35,094 nt of DNA from a virus (Duplodnaviria > Heunggongvirae > Uroviricota > Caudoviricetes): IMG/VR virus record IMGVR_UViG_2541047854_000004, one strand, 5' to 3'. A program made the position numbers and the translations under genes. This document shows, in pieces, positions 15,201-23,022 of this stretch; the first letter of the stretch is position 1, and the number at the start of each line of letters is the position of its first letter. A model generated the notes under the pieces. That model did no database searches. It was given only the letters and a program-made list of their open reading frames with translations, and was not told where the DNA came from.

Positions 15201-15914
15201 ATGGCTGTTGTCTGTTCAGTTATCATGGTTTGCTCCCCAATTAATATTTTTCTTGAAAAGGATACGTTGTCACTTAAGCCAGGCTCAGTTGTTCTGGCCA
15301 CCAAATGCATCAGGGAGCTTTTCCTTATGCATTATGGCAAAGTTAAAATTGTCGATATAAGCGAATCCGTCGTAAGTCAATATCTGGAAAGTCAGCATAA
15401 GCTGACGAGGACTCGTCTGACTGACATTCCGCTTTACCTGTTGCTGGAACCCAACAATCCTGCGTTGGCTGCGGCTTTAATTACCAGCCAGGGATTTTCC
15501 GGAGAGGCCACGGATATGTTTCTTATGATGGCCTGCCTGTCTCTGTTTGAAACAGATGAACGGATGTCATTGTTTTTAAGTGGATGTTTATCCAGCATAA
15601 GTGCCAAAGTCAGGGCGATAATTCAGACAGATATATCAGCAAGCTGGACGCTTGGTGCGATTGCTCTACAGTTGCATATGAGTGAGAGTTTGTTAAAGAC
15701 AAAACTGAAAAATGAAGGGGGCATGTTCAGTCGCTTGTTGCTGGAAGAGCGGATGCGTGTTGCTGTAAATATGTTATGTTCCCGGCATGGATATGGACAG
15801 GCTATAGCAGAAAAATGCGGTTATTCAAGCAGGTCCTACTTTATTTCTGTATTTCACCGCTATTATGGCTTCCCGCCAGACAGATATGTATCCAGGCAAG
15901 GGCTTGATTATTGA
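15201..15914 (+). CDS. AraC/XylS-family transcriptional regulator (AppY-like moron)
   Basis: C-terminal dual-HTH signature (WTLGAIALQLHMSESLLKTKLK...GYGQAIAEKCGYSSRSYFISVFHRYYGFPPDRY); N-terminus MAVVCSVIMVC resembles prophage-encoded AppY as I recall it; AT-rich. Confidence 0.8.
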   Translation: MAVVCSVIMVCSPINIFLEKDTLSLKPGSVVLATKCIRELFLMHYGKVKIVDISESVVSQYLESQHKLTRTRLTDIPLYLLLEPNNPALAAALITSQGFSGEATDMFLMMACLSLFETDERMSLFLSGCLSSISAKVRAIIQTDISASWTLGAIALQLHMSESLLKTKLKNEGGMFSRLLLEERMRVAVNMLCSRHGYGQAIAEKCGYSSRSYFISVFHRYYGFPPDRYVSRQGLDY

Positions 15915-15942
15915 TTTTCATCTGATTATTATTTTTTGGCTC

Positions 15943-16018
15943 GGCCCTTTAGCTCAGTGGTGAGAGCGAGCGACTCATAATCGCCAGGTCGCTGGTTCAA
16001 ATCCAGCAAGGGCCACCA
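15943..16018 (+). tRNA. tRNA with CAU anticodon (Met, or Ile if lysidine-modified)
   Basis: 7-bp acceptor stem GGCCCTT/AAGGGCC, D-arm AGCTCAGTGG, anticodon loop CTCATAA, T-loop GGTTCAAATCC, encoded CCA. Position matches the ileZ-argN-argO trio of Stx-type lambdoid phages (from memory). Confidence 0.85.
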
Positions 16019-16025
16019 TCACATA

Positions 16026-16099
16026 CCGCCATTAGCTCATCAGGAAAGAGCGCCAGCCTTCGAAGCTGGTTGCGCGGAGTTCGGGTCCCCGAAGGCGGT
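16026..16099 (+). tRNA. tRNA-Arg(UCG)-like, possibly degenerate
   Basis: Anticodon loop CTTCGAA, but the acceptor stem has an A-A mismatch, the T-loop is TTCGGGT (non-canonical position 58) and no CCA is encoded. Confidence 0.55.
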
Positions 16100-16115
16100 T
16101 CATTATCTGTATCCT

Positions 16116-16192
16116 GCGTTGTTAGCTCAGCCGGACAGAGCAATTGCCTTCTAAGCAATCGGTCACTGGTTCGAATCCAGTACAACGCGCCA
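16116..16192 (+). tRNA. tRNA-Arg(UCU)
   Basis: Acceptor stem GCGTTGT/ACAACGC, anticodon loop CTTCTAA, T-loop GGTTCGAATCC, discriminator G and encoded CCA. Confidence 0.85.
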
Positions 16193-16207
16193 GACTTATT
16201 TTTCCCA

Positions 16208-16232
16208 GCTCGCTTTTGCGGGCCTTTTTTTT
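16208..16232 (+). terminator. Intrinsic terminator after the tRNA cluster
   Basis: Stem GCTCGC/GCGGGC (one G-U pair), TTTT loop, then T8. Confidence 0.5.
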
Positions 16233-16432
16233 AAATGTCTCACAATTCAGACGGTTGACAGTTGTCTGTTTTGCGGGGAGTTTGTTAAAAGAAACTGGCA
16301 TGGTGAATCCCCCTGTGCGGAGGGGCAATCAGCGAGTAGGTATATGGGATAATCGCGGATTCAGGTGCTGGTACTGAATTCACCGGGAGGCACCCGGCAC
16401 CATGCAGTTGACTGAAACCATGTATACTCTCA

Positions 16433-16462
16433 GGCCCCACGCACATGTGTTGGGGCCTTTTT
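16433..16462 (+). terminator. Intrinsic terminator upstream of the lysis cassette
   Basis: Stem GGCCCCA/TGGGGCC, 11-nt loop, then T5; a second hairpin preceded by A8 (16470-16496) follows immediately. Confidence 0.55.
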
Positions 16463-16633
16463 ACATGCAAAAAAAAGCCCGCATATGGATACGGGCGGCA
16501 AGGAACAAAAAACGTGAAGTGATCTATTCAGCCAGTGGATAATACCCTGACGTTACCATATTGCGCAATCGCGCATTCTTTCTTTTTCGCTCCCCTTATA
16601 ACTACGCCATCCGTTCGCTGCGGAGGTGAGGCT

Positions 16634-16849
16634 ATGAAATCCATGGATAAAATTTCAACGGGCATTGCCTACGGCACCTCCGCAGGCAGTGCTGGCTACT
16701 GGTTTTTACAGTGGCTTGATCAGGTCAGTCCGTCACAGTGGGCTGCGATTGGTGTACTGGGGAGTCTGGTTCTGGGCTTCCTGACATATCTGACTAACCT
16801 GTATTTCAAAATCAGAGAGGACCGTCGTAAGGCTGCACGGGGAGAGTAA
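16634..16849 (+). CDS. S: Phage-21-type pinholin (S21) with dual start
   Basis: [71 protein letters not shown] matches S21 as I recall it; two in-frame starts (16634 and 16643); GGAGGTGA RBS. ORF-track start at 16535 is an extension. Confidence 0.85.
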   Translation: MKSMDKISTGIAYGTSAGSAGYWFLQWLDQVSPSQWAAIGVLGSLVLGFLTYLTNLYFKIREDRRKAARGE

Positions 16850-16853
16850 TTCA

Positions 16854-17204
16854 ATGACTCAAAACTATGAACTGATTGTGAAAGGGATCCGCAATTTTGA
16901 GAATAAAGTTACGGTAACTTTAGCGTTACGGGACAAAAAACGCTTTGACGGTGAAATTTTTGACCTGGACATCTCGCTGGACCGTGTTGAAGGTGCCGCG
17001 CTGGAGTTTTATGAGGAAGCAGCCAGAAGGAGCATCAGACAGGTCTTCCTGGATGTTGCTGCCGGGTTATGTGAAGGGGATGAGCAGTCGCCGGAAAAGC
17101 GCCCCGTAATTTTAGAGGCGCAGAATGTGTGGATAACCTACAAAGGAAAGCTACCGGGAAGAATTACTGGTTCTCTGAAGACTCCTCCGGAATCACAACC
17201 TTAA
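16854..17204 (+). CDS. Hypothetical protein inside the lysis cassette (DUF1327/YdfR-like by position)
   Basis: 116-aa ORF with GGGGAGAG RBS between holin and endolysin, as in the Qin prophage; family call by synteny only. Confidence 0.45.
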   Translation: MTQNYELIVKGIRNFENKVTVTLALRDKKRFDGEIFDLDISLDRVEGAALEFYEEAARRSIRQVFLDVAAGLCEGDEQSPEKRPVILEAQNVWITYKGKLPGRITGSLKTPPESQP

Positions 17205-17267
17205 GTCACTGACCGGAACAGATAAACCTGTCCGTGGGCAGAAACCGATAAATCCTGATAAATATCC

Positions 17268-17801
17268 ATGAACGCAAAAATCAGATACGGCCTGTCGGCT
17301 GCCGTTCTGGCACTGATTGCCGTCGGTGCGCCCGCGCCTGATATTCTCGACCAGTTTCTGGATGAAAAAGAAGGTAACCACACAACGGCATACCGCGATG
17401 GTTCCGGCATCTGGACCATCTGTCGGGGTGCCACGATGGTGGATGGAAAACCCGTTTTTCCCGGTATGAAACTGTCGAAGGAAAAATGCGACCAGGTCAA
17501 CGCCATTGAGCGTGATAAGGCGCTGGCATGGGTGGAGCGCAATATTAAAGTACCACTGACCGAACCACAAAAAGCGGGTATCGCGTCATTTTGTCCCTAT
17601 AACATTGGCCCCGGTAAGTGTTTTCCATCGACGTTTTATAAGCGGCTGAATGCTGGTGATCGTAAGGGCGCATGCGAGGCGATTCGCTGGTGGATAAAAG
17701 ATGGTGGGCGCGATTGCCGCATACGTTCAAATAACTGCTATGGACAGGTTATTCGTCGTGACCAAGAAAGCGCATTAGCCTGTTGGGGAATAGATCAGTG
17801 A
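17268..17801 (+). CDS. R: SAR endolysin (T4-lysozyme-like, R21-type)
   Basis: N-terminal signal-anchor-release segment [17 protein letters not shown] followed by the lysozyme catalytic region ([22 protein letters not shown]). Confidence 0.9.
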   Translation: MNAKIRYGLSAAVLALIAVGAPAPDILDQFLDEKEGNHTTAYRDGSGIWTICRGATMVDGKPVFPGMKLSKEKCDQVNAIERDKALAWVERNIKVPLTEPQKAGIASFCPYNIGPGKCFPSTFYKRLNAGDRKGACEAIRWWIKDGGRDCRIRSNNCYGQVIRRDQESALACWGIDQ

Positions 17802-18262
17802 GCAGAGTCGCCGCGATTATTTATGCTCTGGTTATCTGCATCATCGTCTGCCTGTCGTGGGCGGTCAATCATTACCGTGATAACGCCATCGCCTACAAAG
17901 AACAGCGTGATAAAAAAGTCAGTGAGCTGAAGCTGGCGATCGCCACCATCGCTGACATGCAGCAGCGTCAGCGTGATGTTGCTGCGCTCGATGCAAAGTA
18001 CTCGAGAGAATTAGCCAATGCGAAAGCTGAAAATGAAACTCTGCGCGCTGATGTTGCCGCTGGTCGTCGTCGGTTGCACATCAAAGCAGTCTGTCAGTCA
18101 GTGCGTGAAGCCACCACCGCCTCCGGCGTGGATAATGCAACCAGCCCCCGACTGGAAGACACCGCTGAACGGGATTATTTCACCCTCAGAGAGCGGCTGA
18201 TGACGATGCAGATGCAACTGGAAGGGGCACAGGAGTATATCCGCACTCAGTGCATTAAGTAG
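17798..18262 (+). CDS. Rz: Rz i-spanin
   Basis: GTG start overlapping the endolysin stop (GTGA); product [28 protein letters not shown]... closely matches lambda Rz; N-terminal TM plus coiled coil. Confidence 0.85.
   Translation: MSRVAAIIYALVICIIVCLSWAVNHYRDNAIAYKEQRDKKVSELKLAIATIADMQQRQRDVAALDAKYSRELANAKAENETLRADVAAGRRRLHIKAVCQSVREATTASGVDNATSPRLEDTAERDYFTLRERLMTMQMQLEGAQEYIRTQCIK
18018..18200 (+). CDS. Rz1: Rz1 o-spanin (lipoprotein), embedded in Rz in the +1 frame
   Basis: Lipobox LVVVGC and Pro-rich mature region ([30 protein letters not shown]), near-identical to lambda Rz1 from memory. Confidence 0.8.
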   Translation: MRKLKMKLCALMLPLVVVGCTSKQSVSQCVKPPPPPAWIMQPAPDWKTPLNGIISPSESG

Positions 18263-18304
18263 CCTTTTTATCGTGGTAAACATTTCGCAGGGTATGAGGT
18301 ATTT

Positions 18305-18655
18305 ATGCCATCACTAATCCCACGTGCCTGCCGTAAGCGTGGATGTGCAGGAACAACCACAGACAGTTCTGGTTACTGCGATAAACATCGTGGCGAAGGA
18401 TGGGTACAGCATCAACGCGGACTGAGCCGCCACCAGCGTGGCTATGGCTCGAAATGGGATGCCATACGTGCGCGCATACTGAAGCGTGATAATCATCTGT
18501 GTCAGAACTGCCTGCGCAATGGGAGAGCCGTTGAAGCCAGAACTGTGGACCACATCATTCCGAAAGCTCATGGTGGCACGGATGCAGACAGTAACCTGCA
18601 GAGTCTGTGCTGGCCCTGTCATAAAGCAAAAACAGCGCGCGAACGCATCAATTGA
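18305..18655 (+). CDS. HNH endonuclease (packaging-associated)
   Basis: Cys pairs and HNH core (CQNCLRNGRAVEARTVDHIIPKAHGGTDADSNLQSLCWPCHKAKT); directly upstream of the terminase small subunit. Confidence 0.85.
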   Translation: MPSLIPRACRKRGCAGTTTDSSGYCDKHRGEGWVQHQRGLSRHQRGYGSKWDAIRARILKRDNHLCQNCLRNGRAVEARTVDHIIPKAHGGTDADSNLQSLCWPCHKAKTARERIN

Positions 18656-18802
18656 TAACAGTTCCCATCTGTAGGGGAGGGGCGGGTCAAATCTCTGCAA
18701 CCCTGGCTGCTCAGTACCGCCGCCTGACCTTTCCTCGCATCGCCGCAGGTTCGAAAACTTTTTTTTGGAATGTGATTAAATGATTGATAGGTAAAACCGA
18801 TT

Positions 18803-19285
18803 ATGTCTGGACCCCCGAAAACCCCGCCACGCCTGCATTTGATACGAGGCAACCCCTCAAAGCGGCCAGTTAAAGACCTCAAAAAAACCGCTAAAAAGGA
18901 TGAAAAAGGTCTCCCTAAAATTCCGCAACATTTAGGGGCGCAGGGGAAGTACTGGTTCAGGCGAATGGCGGAAGAGCTGAATGCGGAAGGGATCATTTCT
19001 CAGCTTGATGCGCGTGCGCTTGAGCTACTGGTGGAAGCCTATACCGAATACCGGCATCACTGCGAAACACTCGATGTTGAGGGGTACACCTACCGCTCGG
19101 AAACGCAGAACGGTGATGTGCTGATTAAGGCACACCCGGCTGCTGCGATGAAAGCGGATGCCTGGAAGCGGATCCGGGCGATGCTTGCAGAATTTGGTAT
19201 GTCACCGGCAAGCCGGGCAAAAGTAAATACCGCCGGACCGGATAATGTTGATCCGCTGGCAGAGCTTTTAAAAGCGAGAGACTGA
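18803..19285 (+). CDS. Terminase small subunit (P27-family-like)
   Basis: 160-aa ORF with basic N-terminus, immediately upstream of and overlapping (TGATG) the large terminase. Confidence 0.8.
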   Translation: MSGPPKTPPRLHLIRGNPSKRPVKDLKKTAKKDEKGLPKIPQHLGAQGKYWFRRMAEELNAEGIISQLDARALELLVEAYTEYRHHCETLDVEGYTYRSETQNGDVLIKAHPAAAMKADAWKRIRAMLAEFGMSPASRAKVNTAGPDNVDPLAELLKARD

Positions 19286-21042
19286 TGGCAAAAGTGGCTG
19301 ACGGGATCCGCTACGCCGAACGTGTTGTTGCAGGAGAAATTGTTGCTGGCGAATTTGTCCGCCTGGCCTGCCAGCGTTTTCTTGATGATCTGAAGTACGG
19401 CGAAAAGCGGGGGATTTATTTCAGTGAACCCCGTGCGCAGCACATCCTGAATTTCTACAAATTTGTGCCTCATGTAAAAGGGGCACTGGCAGGCCAGCCC
19501 ATTGAGTTGATGGACTGGCATGTATTTATCCTCATTAATATTTTTGGTTTTGTCATTCCGCTGGTCAATGAAGAAACCGGGGAAGTTGTCATGCGCAGCG
19601 ATGGCAGCGGACGTCCGGTGATGGTGCGCCGGTTCCGGACGGCGTACAACGAAGTCGCCCGTAAAAACGCAAAATCAACACTGTCATCGGGTATCGGCCT
19701 GTATATGACGGGGGCAGATAGTGAAGGCGGAGCTGAGGTGTATTCAGCCGCAACCACGCGTGACCAGGCCAGAATCGTGTTTGAAGACGCCAAAAATATG
19801 GTCAGAAAAGCCCGGTCGACACTCGGGCGGTTGTTTGATTTCAACAAGCTGGCGATTTACCAGGAGCAGAGCGCATCAAAATTTGAACCGCTTTCCTCGG
19901 ATGCAAACAACCTGGACGGTCTGAACATCCACTGCGCCATTATTGATGAGCTGCATGCACATAAAACCCGCGACGTGTGGGACGTTCTGGAAACGGCAAC
20001 CGGTGCCCGTCTGCAGTCCCTGTTATTTGGTATCACCACGGCTGGCTTTAACAAGGAAGGGATTTGTTACGAGCAGCGTGATTACGCCATCAAGGTATTG
20101 CGAGGCTATAACAGCGACGTGGAGGGCGCTGTAAAAGACGACTCTTACTTTGCGATCATTTACACGCTTGATGAGGGAGATGATCCGTTTGATGAAACGG
20201 TCTGGCAGAAAGCGAATCCTGGCCTGGGCATCTGTAAACGCTGGGATGATCTGCGTCGTCTGGCGAAAAAAGCGAAGGAGCAGGTCTCTGCGCGGGTGAA
20301 TTTTTTTACCAAACACATGAATGTGTGGGTCACTGCCGAATCTGCCTGGATGGATATGATTAAGTGGGAGAAGTGCGAATACATTGCTCCACAACATGAG
20401 CTGAAAACATATCCCATGTGGGTCGGCGTAGACCTTGCTCATAAGATTGATATCTGTGCGGCGGCAAAACTCTGGCGAACCGATAACGGACATGTTCATG
20501 CTGATTTTAAATTCTGGCTTCCGGAAGGACGGCTGGAGCGATGCTCGCGGCAGCAGGCAGAACTTTACCGGAAGTGGGCGGAGATGGATAAGCTCATCCT
20601 GACGGATGGTGATGTTATCGATCATGCTCAGATAAAAAGTGACTTACTGGAATGGATTGGCGGTGAAAACCTCAGGGAACTGGGATTTGACCCGTGGAGC
20701 GCAATGCAGTTCAGCCTGGCACTGGCTGAAGAAGGGATACCGCTGGTGGAGGTTCCGCAGACGGTCCGCAATCTGTCAGAGGCCATGAAGGAAACGGAAT
20801 CACTGGTTTATGCCGGGCGTTTCCATCACAGCAATCATCCGGTCATGAACTGGATGATGTCTAACGTTACTGTAAAACCGGACAAAAACGACAACATCTT
20901 CCCGAATAAATCCACGCCGGAAGCCAAAATCGACGGCCCTGTTGCGCTTTTTACAGCCATGAGCCGCTTTCTGGTAAATGGCGGGGGCGTGAATGACTTT
21001 CTGTCCACGCTTGATCCTGATGAGGACCTGTTAATTCTGTGA
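19285..21042 (+). CDS. Terminase large subunit
   Basis: 585-aa ORF with ATPase-type N-terminal half and nuclease-type C-terminal half; position between small terminase and portal. Confidence 0.9.
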   Translation: MAKVADGIRYAERVVAGEIVAGEFVRLACQRFLDDLKYGEKRGIYFSEPRAQHILNFYKFVPHVKGALAGQPIELMDWHVFILINIFGFVIPLVNEETGEVVMRSDGSGRPVMVRRFRTAYNEVARKNAKSTLSSGIGLYMTGADSEGGAEVYSAATTRDQARIVFEDAKNMVRKARSTLGRLFDFNKLAIYQEQSASKFEPLSSDANNLDGLNIHCAIIDELHAHKTRDVWDVLETATGARLQSLLFGITTAGFNKEGICYEQRDYAIKVLRGYNSDVEGAVKDDSYFAIIYTLDEGDDPFDETVWQKANPGLGICKRWDDLRRLAKKAKEQVSARVNFFTKHMNVWVTAESAWMDMIKWEKCEYIAPQHELKTYPMWVGVDLAHKIDICAAAKLWRTDNGHVHADFKFWLPEGRLERCSRQQAELYRKWAEMDKLILTDGDVIDHAQIKSDLLEWIGGENLRELGFDPWSAMQFSLALAEEGIPLVEVPQTVRNLSEAMKETESLVYAGRFHHSNHPVMNWMMSNVTVKPDKNDNIFPNKSTPEAKIDGPVALFTAMSRFLVNGGGVNDFLSTLDPDEDLLIL

Positions 21043-21059
21043 AACAGCTTATTACTGAT

Positions 21060-21200
21060 ATGACCGGGCTGATCGGTTTCGGTCTGCTCACTGCTGGCGT
21101 TTATCTGTATGCAGGTCTGCCAGCGTCTCTGATGCTGTCTGGCTGTTTGTTGCTGCTTTATGCACTGGTGGTGTCCATGAGGAGAAAACATGCTTCTTGA
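21060..21200 (+). CDS. Small hydrophobic protein (46 aa from ATG; 53 aa if GTG 21039)
   Basis: MTGLIGFGLLTAGVYLYAGLPASLMLSGCLLLLYALVVSMRRKHAS fills the terminase-portal gap; stop overlaps the portal start. Not in the ORF track. Confidence 0.35.
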   Translation: MTGLIGFGLLTAGVYLYAGLPASLMLSGCLLLLYALVVSMRRKHAS

Positions 21201-22416
21201 TGCTCTGTTTCGCAGTGAGCCTCTGGAAAATCCCTCGGTTCCGGTAACCGGAGAGGCCGCTGAGACGGATAATATTTTTGCCCGGGATGTGTATGTCAGT
21301 CCGGAAACGTCCATGAGGCTGGCTGCTGTCTATGCCTGTATTTATGTTATTTCATCCAGTGTGGCTCAGATGCCCCTGCATGTGATGCGAAAAACGAATG
21401 AGCATGTTCAGCCGGCACGCGATCACCCGTTGTTCTGGCTCGTTCATGATGAACCGAATGCCTGGCAGACCAGCTATAAGTGGCGGGAACTGAAGCAGCG
21501 TCATGTGCTGGGGTGGGGCAATGGTTATACGTGGGTGAAACGTAATCGTCGTGGCGAGGTTACCAGTCTTGAATGCTGTATGCCATGGGAAACCACGTTA
21601 CTTAACACCGGAGGGCGTCATACCTACGGTGTGTATAACGAAGAGGGTGCATTTGCGGTAAGTCCGGACGACATGATCCATATCAGGGCGCTGGGAAACA
21701 ATCAGAAAATGGGACTGAGTCCGATCATGCAGCATGCTGAAACCATTGGTATGGGAATGAGTGGTCAGCAGTATACCAGTGCTTTTTTTAACGGTAATGC
21801 CCGTCCTGCCGGGATTATTTCTGTGAAAAATGAACTGAACGAACAGAGTTGGAGCAGGCTCAAGAATATGTGGCAGCGGGCGGTGACAGCGCTTCGCAGC
21901 CAGGAAAATAAAACCATGTTGCTGCCTGCGCAACTGGATTACCGCGCTCTGACAGTTTCTCCGGTGGATGCTCAGATCATTGATATGACCAAGCTGAACC
22001 GGTCGATGATTGCCGGGATTTTTAATGTCCCGGCGCACATGATTAATGACCTGGAAAAAGCCACATTTTCGAATATTACGCAGCAGGCGATTCAGTTTGT
22101 TCGCTACACGATGATGCCCTGGGTTGCGAACTGGGAGCAGGAGCTTAACCGTCGCCTGTTTACCCGTACAGAACGGGCTGCCGGGTATTACGTTCGCTTC
22201 AACCTCACGGGGTTGCTCCGTGGGACCCCACAGGAGCGTGCGCAGTTCTATCACTTTGCCATTACAGATGGCTGGATGAGCCGGAATGAAGCCAGGGCAT
22301 TTGAGGATATGAACCCGGTTGACGGTCTGGATGAAATGCTGGTCAGCGTAAATGCAGCAAATCCGTTGAATAACTTTAAAGATACGAAAGGCAAAGAGGA
22401 AAAGAACGATGAATGA
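21190..22416 (+). CDS. Portal protein (HK97 family)
   Basis: 408-aa ORF with GAGGAG RBS, between terminase and prohead protease. Confidence 0.9.
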   Translation: MLLDALFRSEPLENPSVPVTGEAAETDNIFARDVYVSPETSMRLAAVYACIYVISSSVAQMPLHVMRKTNEHVQPARDHPLFWLVHDEPNAWQTSYKWRELKQRHVLGWGNGYTWVKRNRRGEVTSLECCMPWETTLLNTGGRHTYGVYNEEGAFAVSPDDMIHIRALGNNQKMGLSPIMQHAETIGMGMSGQQYTSAFFNGNARPAGIISVKNELNEQSWSRLKNMWQRAVTALRSQENKTMLLPAQLDYRALTVSPVDAQIIDMTKLNRSMIAGIFNVPAHMINDLEKATFSNITQQAIQFVRYTMMPWVANWEQELNRRLFTRTERAAGYYVRFNLTGLLRGTPQERAQFYHFAITDGWMSRNEARAFEDMNPVDGLDEMLVSVNAANPLNNFKDTKGKEEKNDE

Positions 22417-23008
22417 CCGTGAAACGCGCTGTTACAGCGGGGAGGTGCGGGCGGAACAATATGATAATGCCCCGACCCACATTCTGGGCTATGGCTCGGT
22501 ATTTAACAGTCGTTCAGAACCTCTGTGGGGATTTCGTGAAATCATCAAGCCGGGGGCTTTTGATGATGTACTGAATGATGATGTACGTGGCTTGTTTAAT
22601 CATGATCCTAATTTCATTCTCGGACGAAGTTCTGCCGGCACGTTGTCATTGTCGGTGGATGAACGCGGTTTACGTTATGACATTGTTGCACCGGATACTC
22701 CGACTATTTGTGACCTGGTGCTGTCTCCAATGTTGCGTGGTGACATTAATCAGTCCTCGTTCGCGTTTCGTGTCGCCCGTGACGGAGAGAGCTGGTATGA
22801 AGACGACGAGGGGATTGTTATCCGGGAAATCACGCGCATTTCTCGTCTGTATGACGTCAGCCCGGTGACATATCCGGCCTATCAGGACGCAGACTCTGGT
22901 GTCCGCTCAATGAAAGCCTGGCAGGAAGCGCGGGCGAGTGGTGCGCTGAAGAAAGCTGTTAACGAACGAATGGCGCGTGAGCGTCTTTTGACCCTTCTTA
23001 ATGCATAA
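22409..23008 (+). CDS. Prohead protease (HK97 family)
   Basis: 199-aa ORF overlapping the portal stop; between portal and major capsid. Confidence 0.85.
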   Translation: MNDRETRCYSGEVRAEQYDNAPTHILGYGSVFNSRSEPLWGFREIIKPGAFDDVLNDDVRGLFNHDPNFILGRSSAGTLSLSVDERGLRYDIVAPDTPTICDLVLSPMLRGDINQSSFAFRVARDGESWYEDDEGIVIREITRISRLYDVSPVTYPAYQDADSGVRSMKAWQEARASGALKKAVNERMARERLLTLLNA

Positions 23009-23022
23009 GGATACTACTGACG

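Noticed and set aside
16193-16633. Possible toxin (stx-like) genes between the tRNA trio and the holin
   Set aside because: The tRNA arrangement resembles Stx phages, but this interval has no ORF of AB5-toxin size or signal-peptide character, only terminators.
20023-20625. 200-aa minus-strand ORF
   Set aside because: Entirely antisense within the large terminase gene.
21598-22254. 218-aa minus-strand ORF
   Set aside because: Antisense within the portal gene.
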